In this document: positions 19,552-28,861 of the stretch, in pieces
Layout: each line of letters begins with the position of its first letter
Numbering within the stretch: position 1 is the stretch's first letter
Assembly: GCA_963666985.2 (NCBI GenBank)
Contig: CAXXIA010000002.1
Span: 2,912,001 to 2,976,000, forward strand
Direction: 5' to 3'
Length of the DNA: 64,000 nucleotides
DNA from: Spirochaetia bacterium
GTDB taxonomy: Bacteria > Spirochaetota > Spirochaetia > DSM-2461
Program-made: the position numbers and the translations under genes
Notes under the pieces: generated by a model
Told to the model about the DNA's origin: nothing
The model's input: the letters and a program-made list of their open reading frames with translations, nothing else
Databases searched by the model: none

Positions 19552-19691
19552 ACTGGAATATTAAAATATGATTGGGTAAGCATGAAGTAGAATGTGGGAA
19601 TATTAATATTTGATCCCTCTGTGAACGATTGATGCTATCTGATCTTAAAATGAGTCCCTATGATAAATGAAAACATTCGTGGAGGGACTTA

Positions 19692-20735
19692 ATGAATAGT
19701 AAGGCAAAACGATTCCTATTGTACGTGATATTGACAATGGTATTGGGGCCTTTAACGTTGATGGCTAACGGCCAAGGAGAAGAGAACAGCCCAGTTAAAA
19801 CTGTAACTCTCAAACTTGGGCATACAGATCCGCCCGGAGGGATACTTGACGAAACGACTCAATTATTTGCTGAAAAAGTTTACGAATACACCGATGGAAG
19901 GTATGAAATCAATTGTTTTCCCAGTGGGCAACTTGGTGACAACCGAAAACTTCTCGAACTCGAACAACTTGGTGCCGTTGATTTTGTAATTACGGGAGCA
20001 GCTATTTACGGCCGGGTTTATGAGCCTATGAGTTTGACTCTTTGCCCATTCCTTCTGGAAACTCTGGAACAGGGTTGGCATCTCTATGATGATTCCGATT
20101 GGGTTCAGTCCCGATTTACAGAACTGGAAAGTGAAGGATTCAAGATGCTTGCTACATGGGAAGCCGGTTTTCGGTGTCTGACAACCAAAAAACCTGTCGG
20201 CGGCCCCTCTGATGTAAAAGGAATGAAACTTCGTGTCCCCGGGAATCCGATTCATTTGGCAATTTGGAACTCAATGGGCGCAAATCCTGTTGGGATGGGT
20301 ATAACAGAGGTCTATATGGCTATTCAGCAGGATATTGTTGATGGCCAGGAAAATCCGATACAGACCATCCATGTTCAGAAATTCTATGAAGTGGCTCCCT
20401 ATGTCACGATAACCAATCATGTCTATGGACCGACTCCCATATCTATGAGTATGAAAACTTGGAATACTTTGTCGACCGAGGATCAGTCGGCAATAACAAA
20501 CGCTGCTCAAGAATGTTCCGAATATATGCGGAATCGCGTGAAGAACTCTATTAACGAACTCATCAAGGATATGGAATCTCAGGGTGCAACCATCTCTTAT
20601 CCGGATAATCTTGATGAATGGCGCGAAAAAGCAATGCCAGCCTATGACGAAATTCGAAAGATCTATGGCGATGATTTGGTTAATTCTTTGATAGAAGAAG
20701 CTGCCGAGATACGAGCGAAATATCCGGCAAAATGA
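19692..20735 (+). CDS. dctP: TRAP transporter substrate-binding protein
   Basis: Signal peptide; GFR, KGMKLRVP, EVY, DGQENP. Confidence 0.9.
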   Translation: MNSKAKRFLLYVILTMVLGPLTLMANGQGEENSPVKTVTLKLGHTDPPGGILDETTQLFAEKVYEYTDGRYEINCFPSGQLGDNRKLLELEQLGAVDFVITGAAIYGRVYEPMSLTLCPFLLETLEQGWHLYDDSDWVQSRFTELESEGFKMLATWEAGFRCLTTKKPVGGPSDVKGMKLRVPGNPIHLAIWNSMGANPVGMGITEVYMAIQQDIVDGQENPIQTIHVQKFYEVAPYVTITNHVYGPTPISMSMKTWNTLSTEDQSAITNAAQECSEYMRNRVKNSINELIKDMESQGATISYPDNLDEWREKAMPAYDEIRKIYGDDLVNSLIEEAAEIRAKYPAK

Positions 20736-20742
20736 TATTGAC

Positions 20743-20777
20743 GGGGAAAGTGTCCGAATAAATTCGGCTCTTTCTCC
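20743..20777 (+). terminator. Intercistronic hairpin after dctP (partial terminator or mRNA stabiliser)
   Basis: GGGGAAAG-tgt-CCGAA taaa TTCGG-ct-CTTTCTCC. Confidence 0.5.
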
Positions 20778-20791
20778 TATGGAGAAATCTT

Positions 20792-21277
20792 TTGAAAATC
20801 GTACAAAAAATTCTTAATGATTATCTTGGAAAAATTATCGATATTTCAGCGATGGTGATAATGACCGTACTTGTATCGGTTGTATTTATCGGCATTTGTT
20901 TTCGCTACTTTCTTGATCTTCCTTTAGCATGGTCTAATGAATTGTCACAGTTCCTTTTGGTTTGGCTGACCTTCTTTGGCGCGGCGGCGGCAACTCGAAG
21001 GGCCAAGCATCTCAGTATCGACGATATTTTCAATGCGTTGGGGCCAAAGACACAAGATATTGTGAAACGAATGATAAATGCTTTGATTTGCCTTTTTCTT
21101 ATCTTTATGGCAATCAGGGGATTAAGCATGGCTCGTACCGTCTGGTCGAGTAAGTCGGAAGCTTTGCAAGTTTCCAACGGTTTACTGTATCTGCCGTTAT
21201 CGGTGGGATTTTTCTTAATGCTTCCTTACAACCTATACAACGTATTCGCTGGGAAGGAATGGAGTGACCAAGAATGA
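20792..21277 (+). CDS. dctQ: TRAP transporter small permease
   Basis: Four TM segments; RY..W.NEL..W..F.G....HLSID. Confidence 0.9.
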   Translation: MKIVQKILNDYLGKIIDISAMVIMTVLVSVVFIGICFRYFLDLPLAWSNELSQFLLVWLTFFGAAAATRRAKHLSIDDIFNALGPKTQDIVKRMINALICLFLIFMAIRGLSMARTVWSSKSEALQVSNGLLYLPLSVGFFLMLPYNLYNVFAGKEWSDQE

Positions 21278-22557
21278 CTTTGGCAATAACCATTATTTTA
21301 TTTTTCGGTTTGATCATTGTCGGTGTTCCTTTGTTCTTCGGTGTTGGGACGGCTAGCCTATTCTATTTCACAAGTAGCGGTTTCCCATTGGAAATAATGA
21401 TTCAGAGAATTGAAGCTACCAGCGAGTCGTTTTCTCTTCTTGCTATTCCTTTTTTTGTTCTGGCCGGTCACCTGATGATGCAGGGTGGCGCCGGAAAAAG
21501 AATCGTAAAGGTTTCTGACTCTCTGGTACGTTGGCTGCCCGGTGGACTTGCGATAGTAACGGTTGGTGCCGCGATGATATTTGCCGGTATGAGCGGATCT
21601 CTAATCGCCGATGCAGCAGCCGTCGGTTCCATCATGATTCCCGGCATGACACAAAAAGGGTATCACAAGAATTATGCCTCGGCAGTTGTCGCCAGTTCCG
21701 GGAGTATCGGAGTCATTATTCCACCGAGCATTCCGATGGTTTTGTATGGATTTATCGCCGGTGTCAGTGTCGGTGAGTTATTTATGGCCGGAATTGTTCC
21801 GGGGATTCTTGTCGGATTAGCCTTGATGATTACAGCAGGGATTATCGCGACCACAAGGCGATATCAGGTTGAGAAGTTCATTGGACTTAAAGAACTTTTA
21901 AAGGATCTGGTCGTCTGCTTTCCGGCAGTTGGAATGATCATCATTATTCTTGGTGGGATTTTCGGAGGAATATTTACAGCTACAGAATCTGCGGCTGTGG
22001 CTGTCGTATATGGACTTCTGGTTGGATTCTTTGTTTATCGTGAATTGAAGCTAAAAGATCTTCCGAAGATTCTGATTGATTCGGCGGTTACCAGCGCGAC
22101 GATACTTGTGGTTATCGGTGTAGTAGGTGCATTGACTTGGGGGCTAACTGCAAATCTTGTTCCCCAGAGATTAACAAGTGCCATACTTTCTGTGACTCAA
22201 AATAAGATTTTGGTTTTGTTTCTAATAAATCTTCTTCTGCTTTTCTTTGGATGCGTTATGGGACTGGCTCCGGCTCTCTTACTCACAACGCCGCTTTTGC
22301 TTCCCGTTGCGCTATCGTTGGGCATTAACCCTTTGCATTTCGGCTTGATCGTCGTGTCGAATCTGGCAATCGGATCATTTACGCCTCCGGTTGGCGGAGC
22401 TCTTTATGTTTCATCTCAGATTGCAGGTATATCAATATGGCAAACCGCCAAAGGTCTTATTCCGTTTCTGGCGGCAAACCTCATTGTCTTGTTTCTTATT
22501 ACCTATATACCGGAAATAACATTATTGATACCCCGTTTAATGGGTGCTTTGGGTTAG
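21274..22557 (+). CDS. dctM: TRAP transporter large permease
   Basis: LLAIPFFVLAG, IIPPSIP, FTATESA, HFG, TPPVG. Confidence 0.93.
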   Translation: MTLAITIILFFGLIIVGVPLFFGVGTASLFYFTSSGFPLEIMIQRIEATSESFSLLAIPFFVLAGHLMMQGGAGKRIVKVSDSLVRWLPGGLAIVTVGAAMIFAGMSGSLIADAAAVGSIMIPGMTQKGYHKNYASAVVASSGSIGVIIPPSIPMVLYGFIAGVSVGELFMAGIVPGILVGLALMITAGIIATTRRYQVEKFIGLKELLKDLVVCFPAVGMIIIILGGIFGGIFTATESAAVAVVYGLLVGFFVYRELKLKDLPKILIDSAVTSATILVVIGVVGALTWGLTANLVPQRLTSAILSVTQNKILVLFLINLLLLFFGCVMGLAPALLLTTPLLLPVALSLGINPLHFGLIVVSNLAIGSFTPPVGGALYVSSQIAGISIWQTAKGLIPFLAANLIVLFLITYIPEITLLIPRLMGALG

Positions 22558-22561
22558 CTTG

Positions 22562-23380
22562 ATGAAAGCAGCATTCTCCTCAATGGCTTTCTTTGACCGT
22601 GATATTACATTTATTGCTTCTTTTGCCGTGAGGCACGGTTTTGATGCTGTTGAGTTATGCATGAATGAGCATCTTCATCTGAACCTGCGAACAACCGGCA
22701 AGGAGCTTAGAAATATTGCAACCGTCTTTGAGGGTGAAGGAATTAAGATCGCTTCGATTTCCAGTTATGCTAAGTTTAACAATGGCGATTCTCGAATTCG
22801 TGAAAAAGAAATTTTTGGGTTGGTAAAAGCCATAGAGTTTGCCGAGGAACTTGGCGCACCGTATGTTCGTTCTCTCGGTGGAAAGATCCCTCCGGTATTA
22901 TGGGATAAAGATTCAAAATCAAACATTGAAAATCTGGCCGGATGTCTACGAACAGTTGTCGATATGACACCGGGAAGTAATGTAGAGATTCTTCAGGCAA
23001 CTCATGACAATTTCAGCCCGGGGTATGTAGCTGCCGAAGTTGTTGAGAAAGCCGCCACACCGCGAGTTGGTGTTCTTTGGTGTGTGATTCATCCGATGGA
23101 ATACAACGAAACCCCAGATGAAACTTGGGCTGCTATAAACGAAACGGTTCGTCTGGTTCATCTTAAAGATGCGTTAAAAACCACAGATGGAGAAACGTGG
23201 GCTTTAAAGCCGCTTGGTGAAGGAAACTTACCGTTGTTTCAAGTGTTGGAAATCTTGAAAGGTGCGGAATTCAACGGACATGTGTCCATTGAATGGGAAC
23301 GTCATTCCAGACCTGAAATTTGTGATTCCGAATATGTTTTATCAGAAGGAATCAAGTACCTCGAACCTTACCTCAGTTAA
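22562..23380 (+). CDS. Sugar phosphate isomerase/epimerase (xylose-isomerase-like TIM barrel), atypical metal ligands
   Basis: GFDAVEL, VHLKD, PLGEG, SIEWE; has QATHD and LWCVIHP where ETHD and WDxxH are usual. Confidence 0.8.
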   Translation: MKAAFSSMAFFDRDITFIASFAVRHGFDAVELCMNEHLHLNLRTTGKELRNIATVFEGEGIKIASISSYAKFNNGDSRIREKEIFGLVKAIEFAEELGAPYVRSLGGKIPPVLWDKDSKSNIENLAGCLRTVVDMTPGSNVEILQATHDNFSPGYVAAEVVEKAATPRVGVLWCVIHPMEYNETPDETWAAINETVRLVHLKDALKTTDGETWALKPLGEGNLPLFQVLEILKGAEFNGHVSIEWERHSRPEICDSEYVLSEGIKYLEPYLS

Positions 23381-23399
23381 TGAACAGGAGTTAAAAGCT

Positions 23400-24359
23400 A
23401 TGAATTATAAATATGGAGTTTGTTCAGGATTACTCGGTGAACAACGAACACGCTGGATGCCTTACCAAGAGAAGCGCGACTTGGAAGGTCGATTGAAGAT
23501 TGCCTCCAAAATTAGAGGACTGGATGGTGTCGAGGTAGGATATCCTGGAGATTTTCAGAGCCCAGGCGCTCTAAAATCCTTACTGGAAAAATATGAACTT
23601 GAAGTCGCCGCGGTAAATTTGAAAGTCCGTGGACCATCATTCATGTATAAGGGCTCTTTTTCTTCACCGGAGAAACAGGCAGTCGATACGGCGATAAAAT
23701 GGGGAAAAGAGGCACTGGATGCCGCTGCCGATTGCGGGTGCGGCGTTGTGACGACTTGTCCTTTGAATGATGGTTTTGATTATCCTTTTGAAGTCGAATA
23801 TGGTACTGCCTGGGACGGAATGGTATCGGGTATAAGCTCTGTCGCATCTCACAGAAGTGATATAAATCTGGCTATTGAATATAAGCTTTCGGATCCGAGA
23901 ACACGATCTTTGGTTTCCAATGTCGGTGAGGCACTTTTGTTGGCCCGACAAACAGAAAAAAGTAATGTTGGGGTTAATCTCGATTTCGGCCATTGTCTTA
24001 TAGCACGAGAAAATCCGGCTATGTCGGTTGCCATGGCCGTAAGGGAGAAACGTCTGTTTCATGTTCACCTGAATGATAATGACCGGGTTGCGGATATCGA
24101 TTTGGCGACTGGAACAATTCATTATTGGGAAACCTTGGAATTTCTTTGGTATTTAAAGGAATACGGATATCAAGGATGGCTCGTAACAGATGTCTATCCG
24201 AAAGAAAATGATGTTGCCGAAGTTTTTTCAAGAACTATAGAACTACAGAAAAGATATCTGGCTTTAACGGAAAAAATCGATGATGTCGATTTCAGTTCCG
24301 TCCTTCGTGAACGTAATGTGATGAATACGTGGAAGAAGATGGCGGAGGTGCTGGCGTAG
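23400..24359 (+). CDS. Xylose/rhamnose isomerase-like TIM-barrel enzyme
   Basis: DGFDYPFE, IEYK..DPR, LDFGH, HLNDND...DID. Confidence 0.8.
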   Translation: MNYKYGVCSGLLGEQRTRWMPYQEKRDLEGRLKIASKIRGLDGVEVGYPGDFQSPGALKSLLEKYELEVAAVNLKVRGPSFMYKGSFSSPEKQAVDTAIKWGKEALDAAADCGCGVVTTCPLNDGFDYPFEVEYGTAWDGMVSGISSVASHRSDINLAIEYKLSDPRTRSLVSNVGEALLLARQTEKSNVGVNLDFGHCLIARENPAMSVAMAVREKRLFHVHLNDNDRVADIDLATGTIHYWETLEFLWYLKEYGYQGWLVTDVYPKENDVAEVFSRTIELQKRYLALTEKIDDVDFSSVLRERNVMNTWKKMAEVLA

Positions 24360-24377
24360 TGCGTCGGCAGTGAAAAA

Positions 24378-25235
24378 TTGATTTGTAGTACCAAATTATT
24401 ACTCAGCAGTTATTCTCATAAGTGGTCGATGGGATTTCGGAAGTTTATGCCGCAAAAACCTATGTCGATTGAATGGCTCGTTGAACGGGCCGGTGAGTTT
24501 GGATTAGATGGTATTCAGCTGGCCGATAATCTTTTTCCGGAAACTTTCAGCGACAGTCGTTGTATGGAAATCGGTGTTTTCGCCAAGGATAAAGGGATTG
24601 AACTTCAATGGGGTTTTGACGGTTGGGATAGAGAAAAGATCGATCGTATGATGGAAATTTGCCAGCTTACCGGATCCGGATTACTTCGTGGTGTTTTCGG
24701 GCCTGAATTTGTTGATGGTTTTTCGGGCGATAATGCAATCCTGACCGCTTGTCGCAAGGAAATAGACATCCTAATTCCGAAATTGGAAAAAAACGGCATT
24801 GTTCTTGCCCTTGAAAACCATTTCGACCTTTCTCTTCCATTATTAAGGCAGCTTGTAAGTTCATATGACAGGCCTGAGATTAGGGTCTGTCTGGACACAA
24901 CGAACGCCTTAGGACAGCTTTGGCGGCCTTTGGATGTCGTTCAGTATTTAGCTCCTCTCAGCACCTCCATGCATTTCAAAGATTTTACAGTTAAGAAAGT
25001 CATTGGCGGATATGAAATTATGGGGGTTGCCATTGGAGCCGGTGATCAGAATTGCTATGAGATTCTTCAACAAGCATTAAAGATAAATCCGGAGATGGAA
25101 ATCTGTATTGAGTTGGGGACTCCGCGCCCCGATGGCGAGGCCCCCTATGTTGAAAATGAAATCAAAGATGTTAATCACAGTATCGAAGTAACGAAGACAC
25201 TGCTGAAGAGATTTTATGAGGAAATCTCCTTATGA
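24378..25235 (+). CDS. Sugar phosphate isomerase/epimerase-family TIM-barrel protein
   Basis: LALENHFD, CLDTTN, HFKD, G.AIGAG, CIE. Confidence 0.8.
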   Translation: MICSTKLLLSSYSHKWSMGFRKFMPQKPMSIEWLVERAGEFGLDGIQLADNLFPETFSDSRCMEIGVFAKDKGIELQWGFDGWDREKIDRMMEICQLTGSGLLRGVFGPEFVDGFSGDNAILTACRKEIDILIPKLEKNGIVLALENHFDLSLPLLRQLVSSYDRPEIRVCLDTTNALGQLWRPLDVVQYLAPLSTSMHFKDFTVKKVIGGYEIMGVAIGAGDQNCYEILQQALKINPEMEICIELGTPRPDGEAPYVENEIKDVNHSIEVTKTLLKRFYEEISL

Positions 25236-25951
25236 AAGCTAAGAAAGCGATGAAGTATGATATATGTCTGGCTAATCAAGAATTACCGAAAAGAGGTTTA
25301 GTCCTGTACAGCTGGGGCAATGTGAGTATTGTTGACAGAGAAGAGAACCATCTGATTATCAAACCGGCCGGAGTCGCTTATGAAGATTTGAATCCTGAAT
25401 TGATGAATGTTGTTGGTTTAGGTGGAGAAAACTTGGAAGGTGAGAATAAACCTTCAGTTGATACACCTATTCATTGTGAACTTTACCGTGCGTTCGGGGG
25501 AATTTGCTCCATCGTTCATACACATTCCACTTACGCGACTATTTGGGCTCAGGCAGGAAGGGCGATTCCTGTACTGGGGACAACACATGCCGATTATTTC
25601 AACGGCCCTATTCCTTGCGCCAGAATGCCGATTGTCGAGGAAGTGACTCATGAGTATGAAATCAATACAGCAAAAACAATCATTGAATGCTTCGTTAATC
25701 GCGATCCGGAGGCTGTACCGGGATGTTTAGTGTCAGGTCATGGTGTATTCACCTGGGGCGGTGATCCCTGGACGGCTATCCATAATGCGGTTGTTCTGGA
25801 AGAAATTGCTCATATGGCTTTTGGAACGCTTCAGCTTAATCCGGAGATGAGTTCTTTGCCTGAGTATATCTTGAACCATCATTTTTTCCGAAAGCATGGA
25901 CCGAATGCGTATTTTGAAGTTGATGATATGGGAGCCGGAAATGCTGGATAA
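25232..25951 (+). CDS. araD: L-ribulose-5-phosphate 4-epimerase family
   Basis: WGNVS, KPSVDTPIH, HTHS.YAT.WAQAG, GTTHADYF, HG, RKHG..AY. Confidence 0.9.
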   Translation: MKAKKAMKYDICLANQELPKRGLVLYSWGNVSIVDREENHLIIKPAGVAYEDLNPELMNVVGLGGENLEGENKPSVDTPIHCELYRAFGGICSIVHTHSTYATIWAQAGRAIPVLGTTHADYFNGPIPCARMPIVEEVTHEYEINTAKTIIECFVNRDPEAVPGCLVSGHGVFTWGGDPWTAIHNAVVLEEIAHMAFGTLQLNPEMSSLPEYILNHHFFRKHGPNAYFEVDDMGAGNAG

Positions 25952-27935
25952 TCAGGCTCTTGACGCTGTCGCACTGTCTGTTCGATGCATTTCCGCCGAT
26001 GCGATAGAAGCGGCTCAATCCGGACATCCAGGTTTACCTTTGGGATGCGCAGAGCTTATTGCACTGTTGTATGGTGAGATTTTAATACATGATCCAACAA
26101 AGCCGGATTGGATAAACCGGGATCGGTTCATTCTTTCGGCCGGACACGGTTCGATTCTTCTTTACGCCATACTGCATCTTTCGGGTTATGGAATCTCGCT
26201 GGATGAAATCAGGAAATTCCGACAGTTGGGTGAAAGAACCCAGGGGCATCCGGAATATGGTTCAATTCCAGGGATAGAAACCACAACTGGAATGCTTGGA
26301 CAGGGTTTTGCCAATGCCGTCGGTATTGCTTTGGCCGAACGGATGCTTGCTGCCCGCTTTAATACTCAAAAGGATGAAGTTTTTGATCATTACACCTATG
26401 TCCTTGCCGGAGAAGGCGATCTCATGGAAGGTGTCTCTTACGAAGCCGCATCACTGGCGGGACACTTGGGTTTGGGAAAGCTTATTGTTTTCTATGATGA
26501 GAACAGAATTACTATCGATGGTGAGACGGATCTCGCCCTTTCCGAAAATATTTCAGAAAGGTTTAATGCGGCCGGTTGGCAAGTCCTCGAAGGTGATATG
26601 TATGACTACGAGGCGATTTTTAGCCTTGTTTCCCAGGCAAAAACAGAACATAGGAAACCGTCTCTTATTCGTTTAGCTTCGATTATAGGCAGAGGAAGCC
26701 CGACTAAAGCCGGGACATCGTCTATCCATGGAGCTGTTTTGGGAGCTGAAGAACTCCGGAATATGAAGATAAAATTGGGAGTAAATCCTGATATATCTTT
26801 TTATGTTGATCCGAAAGCCCGAGAGTATTTTGAGAACAAGCGGAGTTCATGGATCAATATGAGAGCTGCTTGGGAACAAGGCACTTTTTCTTCCTTTATA
26901 TCTAGTCCTTCCGGAAGTGGACTATGGAAAACGTTTTTTGGAAAGAAAGAGGATGGGAAATCAGAGTCAATTCAATGGCCTGAGTACTCTACAGGAGATT
27001 TTATCGCAACACGGACGGCGTCAGGAAAAGTGTTGGAAGTAATCGCCCGGAGAAGGCCTGAAATCATTGGTGGAACAGCGGACCTTACCGGTCCTTGTTT
27101 TCAGGCTCTTGGTGATTGGGCATCAGTAACCCGAAATGATATGTCTGGAAAGCTGATTCGTTTCGGTGTACGGGAACATGCAATGGGAGCCGTTGCAAAC
27201 GGTTTGGCTCTTCATACTTATGGAGCATTGAGACCCTTTTGCGCGACATTCCTTGTATTCTCCGATTACATGCGTCCGGCTGTCAGAATGGCCGCATTGA
27301 TGAAATTACCGGTTATATTTGTCTTTTCACATGACAGCATCAAGATCGGAGAAGATGGTGCCACCCATCAGCCGATTGAGCAATTATCAGCTCTGCGGCT
27401 TATTCCAAATCTCCTTGTTTTACGCCCGGCCGATGCGGAAGAAACTGTTGAAGTCTGGAAAATGGCTGTGGCTTATAATGATGGTCCTGTAGCCATTGTA
27501 ACGGCTCGGCAGGAAACGGAGATTTTTGCAAAAAGAGATGAAAACTGGCGAGAGGATATTCGCAAAGGTGCCTATATCGTAAAAAAAAGTCATTCGAATC
27601 CGGATGTTGTGATATGCGCCACAGGATCCGAAGTCCAGGATGCTCTTAAGGCAGCAGAACAAATTCCGGGGAATATCCAAGTCGTTTCAATAGTATCCCG
27701 AGAACTTTTTCTTAGTCAGTCGAAGGAGTTTAGGAAAAAGATGATTCCCGATTCCTCGAAAACGGTTGTACTGGAGGCGGGTTGCACCGACTTATGGTAC
27801 GTCCTTTTTGCCGAGAAAAGTCGCATAATCGGTATCAATCGATTTGGAGAATCCGGTAAGGGACCGGAAGTTGCCCGGCATCTTGGTATATCACCGGATT
27901 CAATAGTCTCCCTTCTTGAAAAGGAAAGAACGTGA
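25941..27935 (+). CDS. tkt: Transketolase
   Basis: SGHPG, RDRFILSAGHGS, GHPE, FGVREHAM, HDSI..GEDGATHQP; ThDP motif reads GEG rather than GDG. Confidence 0.92.
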   Translation: MLDNQALDAVALSVRCISADAIEAAQSGHPGLPLGCAELIALLYGEILIHDPTKPDWINRDRFILSAGHGSILLYAILHLSGYGISLDEIRKFRQLGERTQGHPEYGSIPGIETTTGMLGQGFANAVGIALAERMLAARFNTQKDEVFDHYTYVLAGEGDLMEGVSYEAASLAGHLGLGKLIVFYDENRITIDGETDLALSENISERFNAAGWQVLEGDMYDYEAIFSLVSQAKTEHRKPSLIRLASIIGRGSPTKAGTSSIHGAVLGAEELRNMKIKLGVNPDISFYVDPKAREYFENKRSSWINMRAAWEQGTFSSFISSPSGSGLWKTFFGKKEDGKSESIQWPEYSTGDFIATRTASGKVLEVIARRRPEIIGGTADLTGPCFQALGDWASVTRNDMSGKLIRFGVREHAMGAVANGLALHTYGALRPFCATFLVFSDYMRPAVRMAALMKLPVIFVFSHDSIKIGEDGATHQPIEQLSALRLIPNLLVLRPADAEETVEVWKMAVAYNDGPVAIVTARQETEIFAKRDENWREDIRKGAYIVKKSHSNPDVVICATGSEVQDALKAAEQIPGNIQVVSIVSRELFLSQSKEFRKKMIPDSSKTVVLEAGCTDLWYVLFAEKSRIIGINRFGESGKGPEVARHLGISPDSIVSLLEKERT

Positions 27936-28861
27936 AAGAAATCTTTATAAATCTAAAACGTTTCGATGTTCCGAAATCTTCCGGTGGATTGTGTCCGGTG
28001 GAAGATCCTCAGGAATGGATTTCCACCGTGATGGAAGAGACAATCGATTCGGGTATTTTTCAGTATCCTCAGATACCCGTTACTTTTTTTCTCCCAGAAG
28101 GTCTTATACCGCAAGCAGTGCAAACAATGACGCATCACGGGAATATAGGACAGAAACGTCTGTCTATCGGATGTCAGGGTGTATATCGAAAGGATATCGA
28201 GCCGGCTGTAAATTTCGGCGCATTCACGTCCCATAGGCCTGCAAGCGCTGCAAAAGCATTAGGAGCGACATGGGCCATCATCGGTCATTCCGAGGAACGT
28301 CTTGGTTTTGAAGAACTCTTCTCTTTGGCTCGAACGAAGGATGATATTAGCCGGAATACGATAAATACAGTTTTGGGAGAAGAGGCAATGGCCGCTGTGA
28401 AAGCGGGACTTAATGTTCTTTACTGTATCGGAGAAACGGAGGAAGAAAGGGGAGTAGGTAATCCTGATGAAATAAAGAATCGAGTTGGTCGGATTCTTGA
28501 ATCTCAGTTGAGAATTGGGCTATTAAATTTTTTTGCTGCTGATAAATCATTTGTTCCTCCTATTATCGCATACGAGCCCAGATGGGCTATTGGACCCGGC
28601 AAACTACCACCGGACGCCGAATATATCGAGTTCGTCGCGGATCTCATCAAGCTATCCTGCATTAAATTGTTCGGTCATGAGCTGAAGATTGTCTATGGAG
28701 GAGGACTGAAGGAGTCGAATGCCTCTTCAATTTCCTCCGTTTCTTCTCTTGATGGGGGATTGATCGCTCTTACTCAATTCGAAGGTGATATCGGATTTTC
28801 GGTTAAGGGCCTCAAACGGATTATTGACAGGTACATGGAGAACGAGAATGAAGTACATTGA
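27932..28861 (+). CDS. Divergent triosephosphate isomerase-family protein
   Basis: NLK, GHSEER, AYEPRWAIGPG, YGGG. Confidence 0.8.
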   Translation: MKEIFINLKRFDVPKSSGGLCPVEDPQEWISTVMEETIDSGIFQYPQIPVTFFLPEGLIPQAVQTMTHHGNIGQKRLSIGCQGVYRKDIEPAVNFGAFTSHRPASAAKALGATWAIIGHSEERLGFEELFSLARTKDDISRNTINTVLGEEAMAAVKAGLNVLYCIGETEEERGVGNPDEIKNRVGRILESQLRIGLLNFFAADKSFVPPIIAYEPRWAIGPGKLPPDAEYIEFVADLIKLSCIKLFGHELKIVYGGGLKESNASSISSVSSLDGGLIALTQFEGDIGFSVKGLKRIIDRYMENENEVH

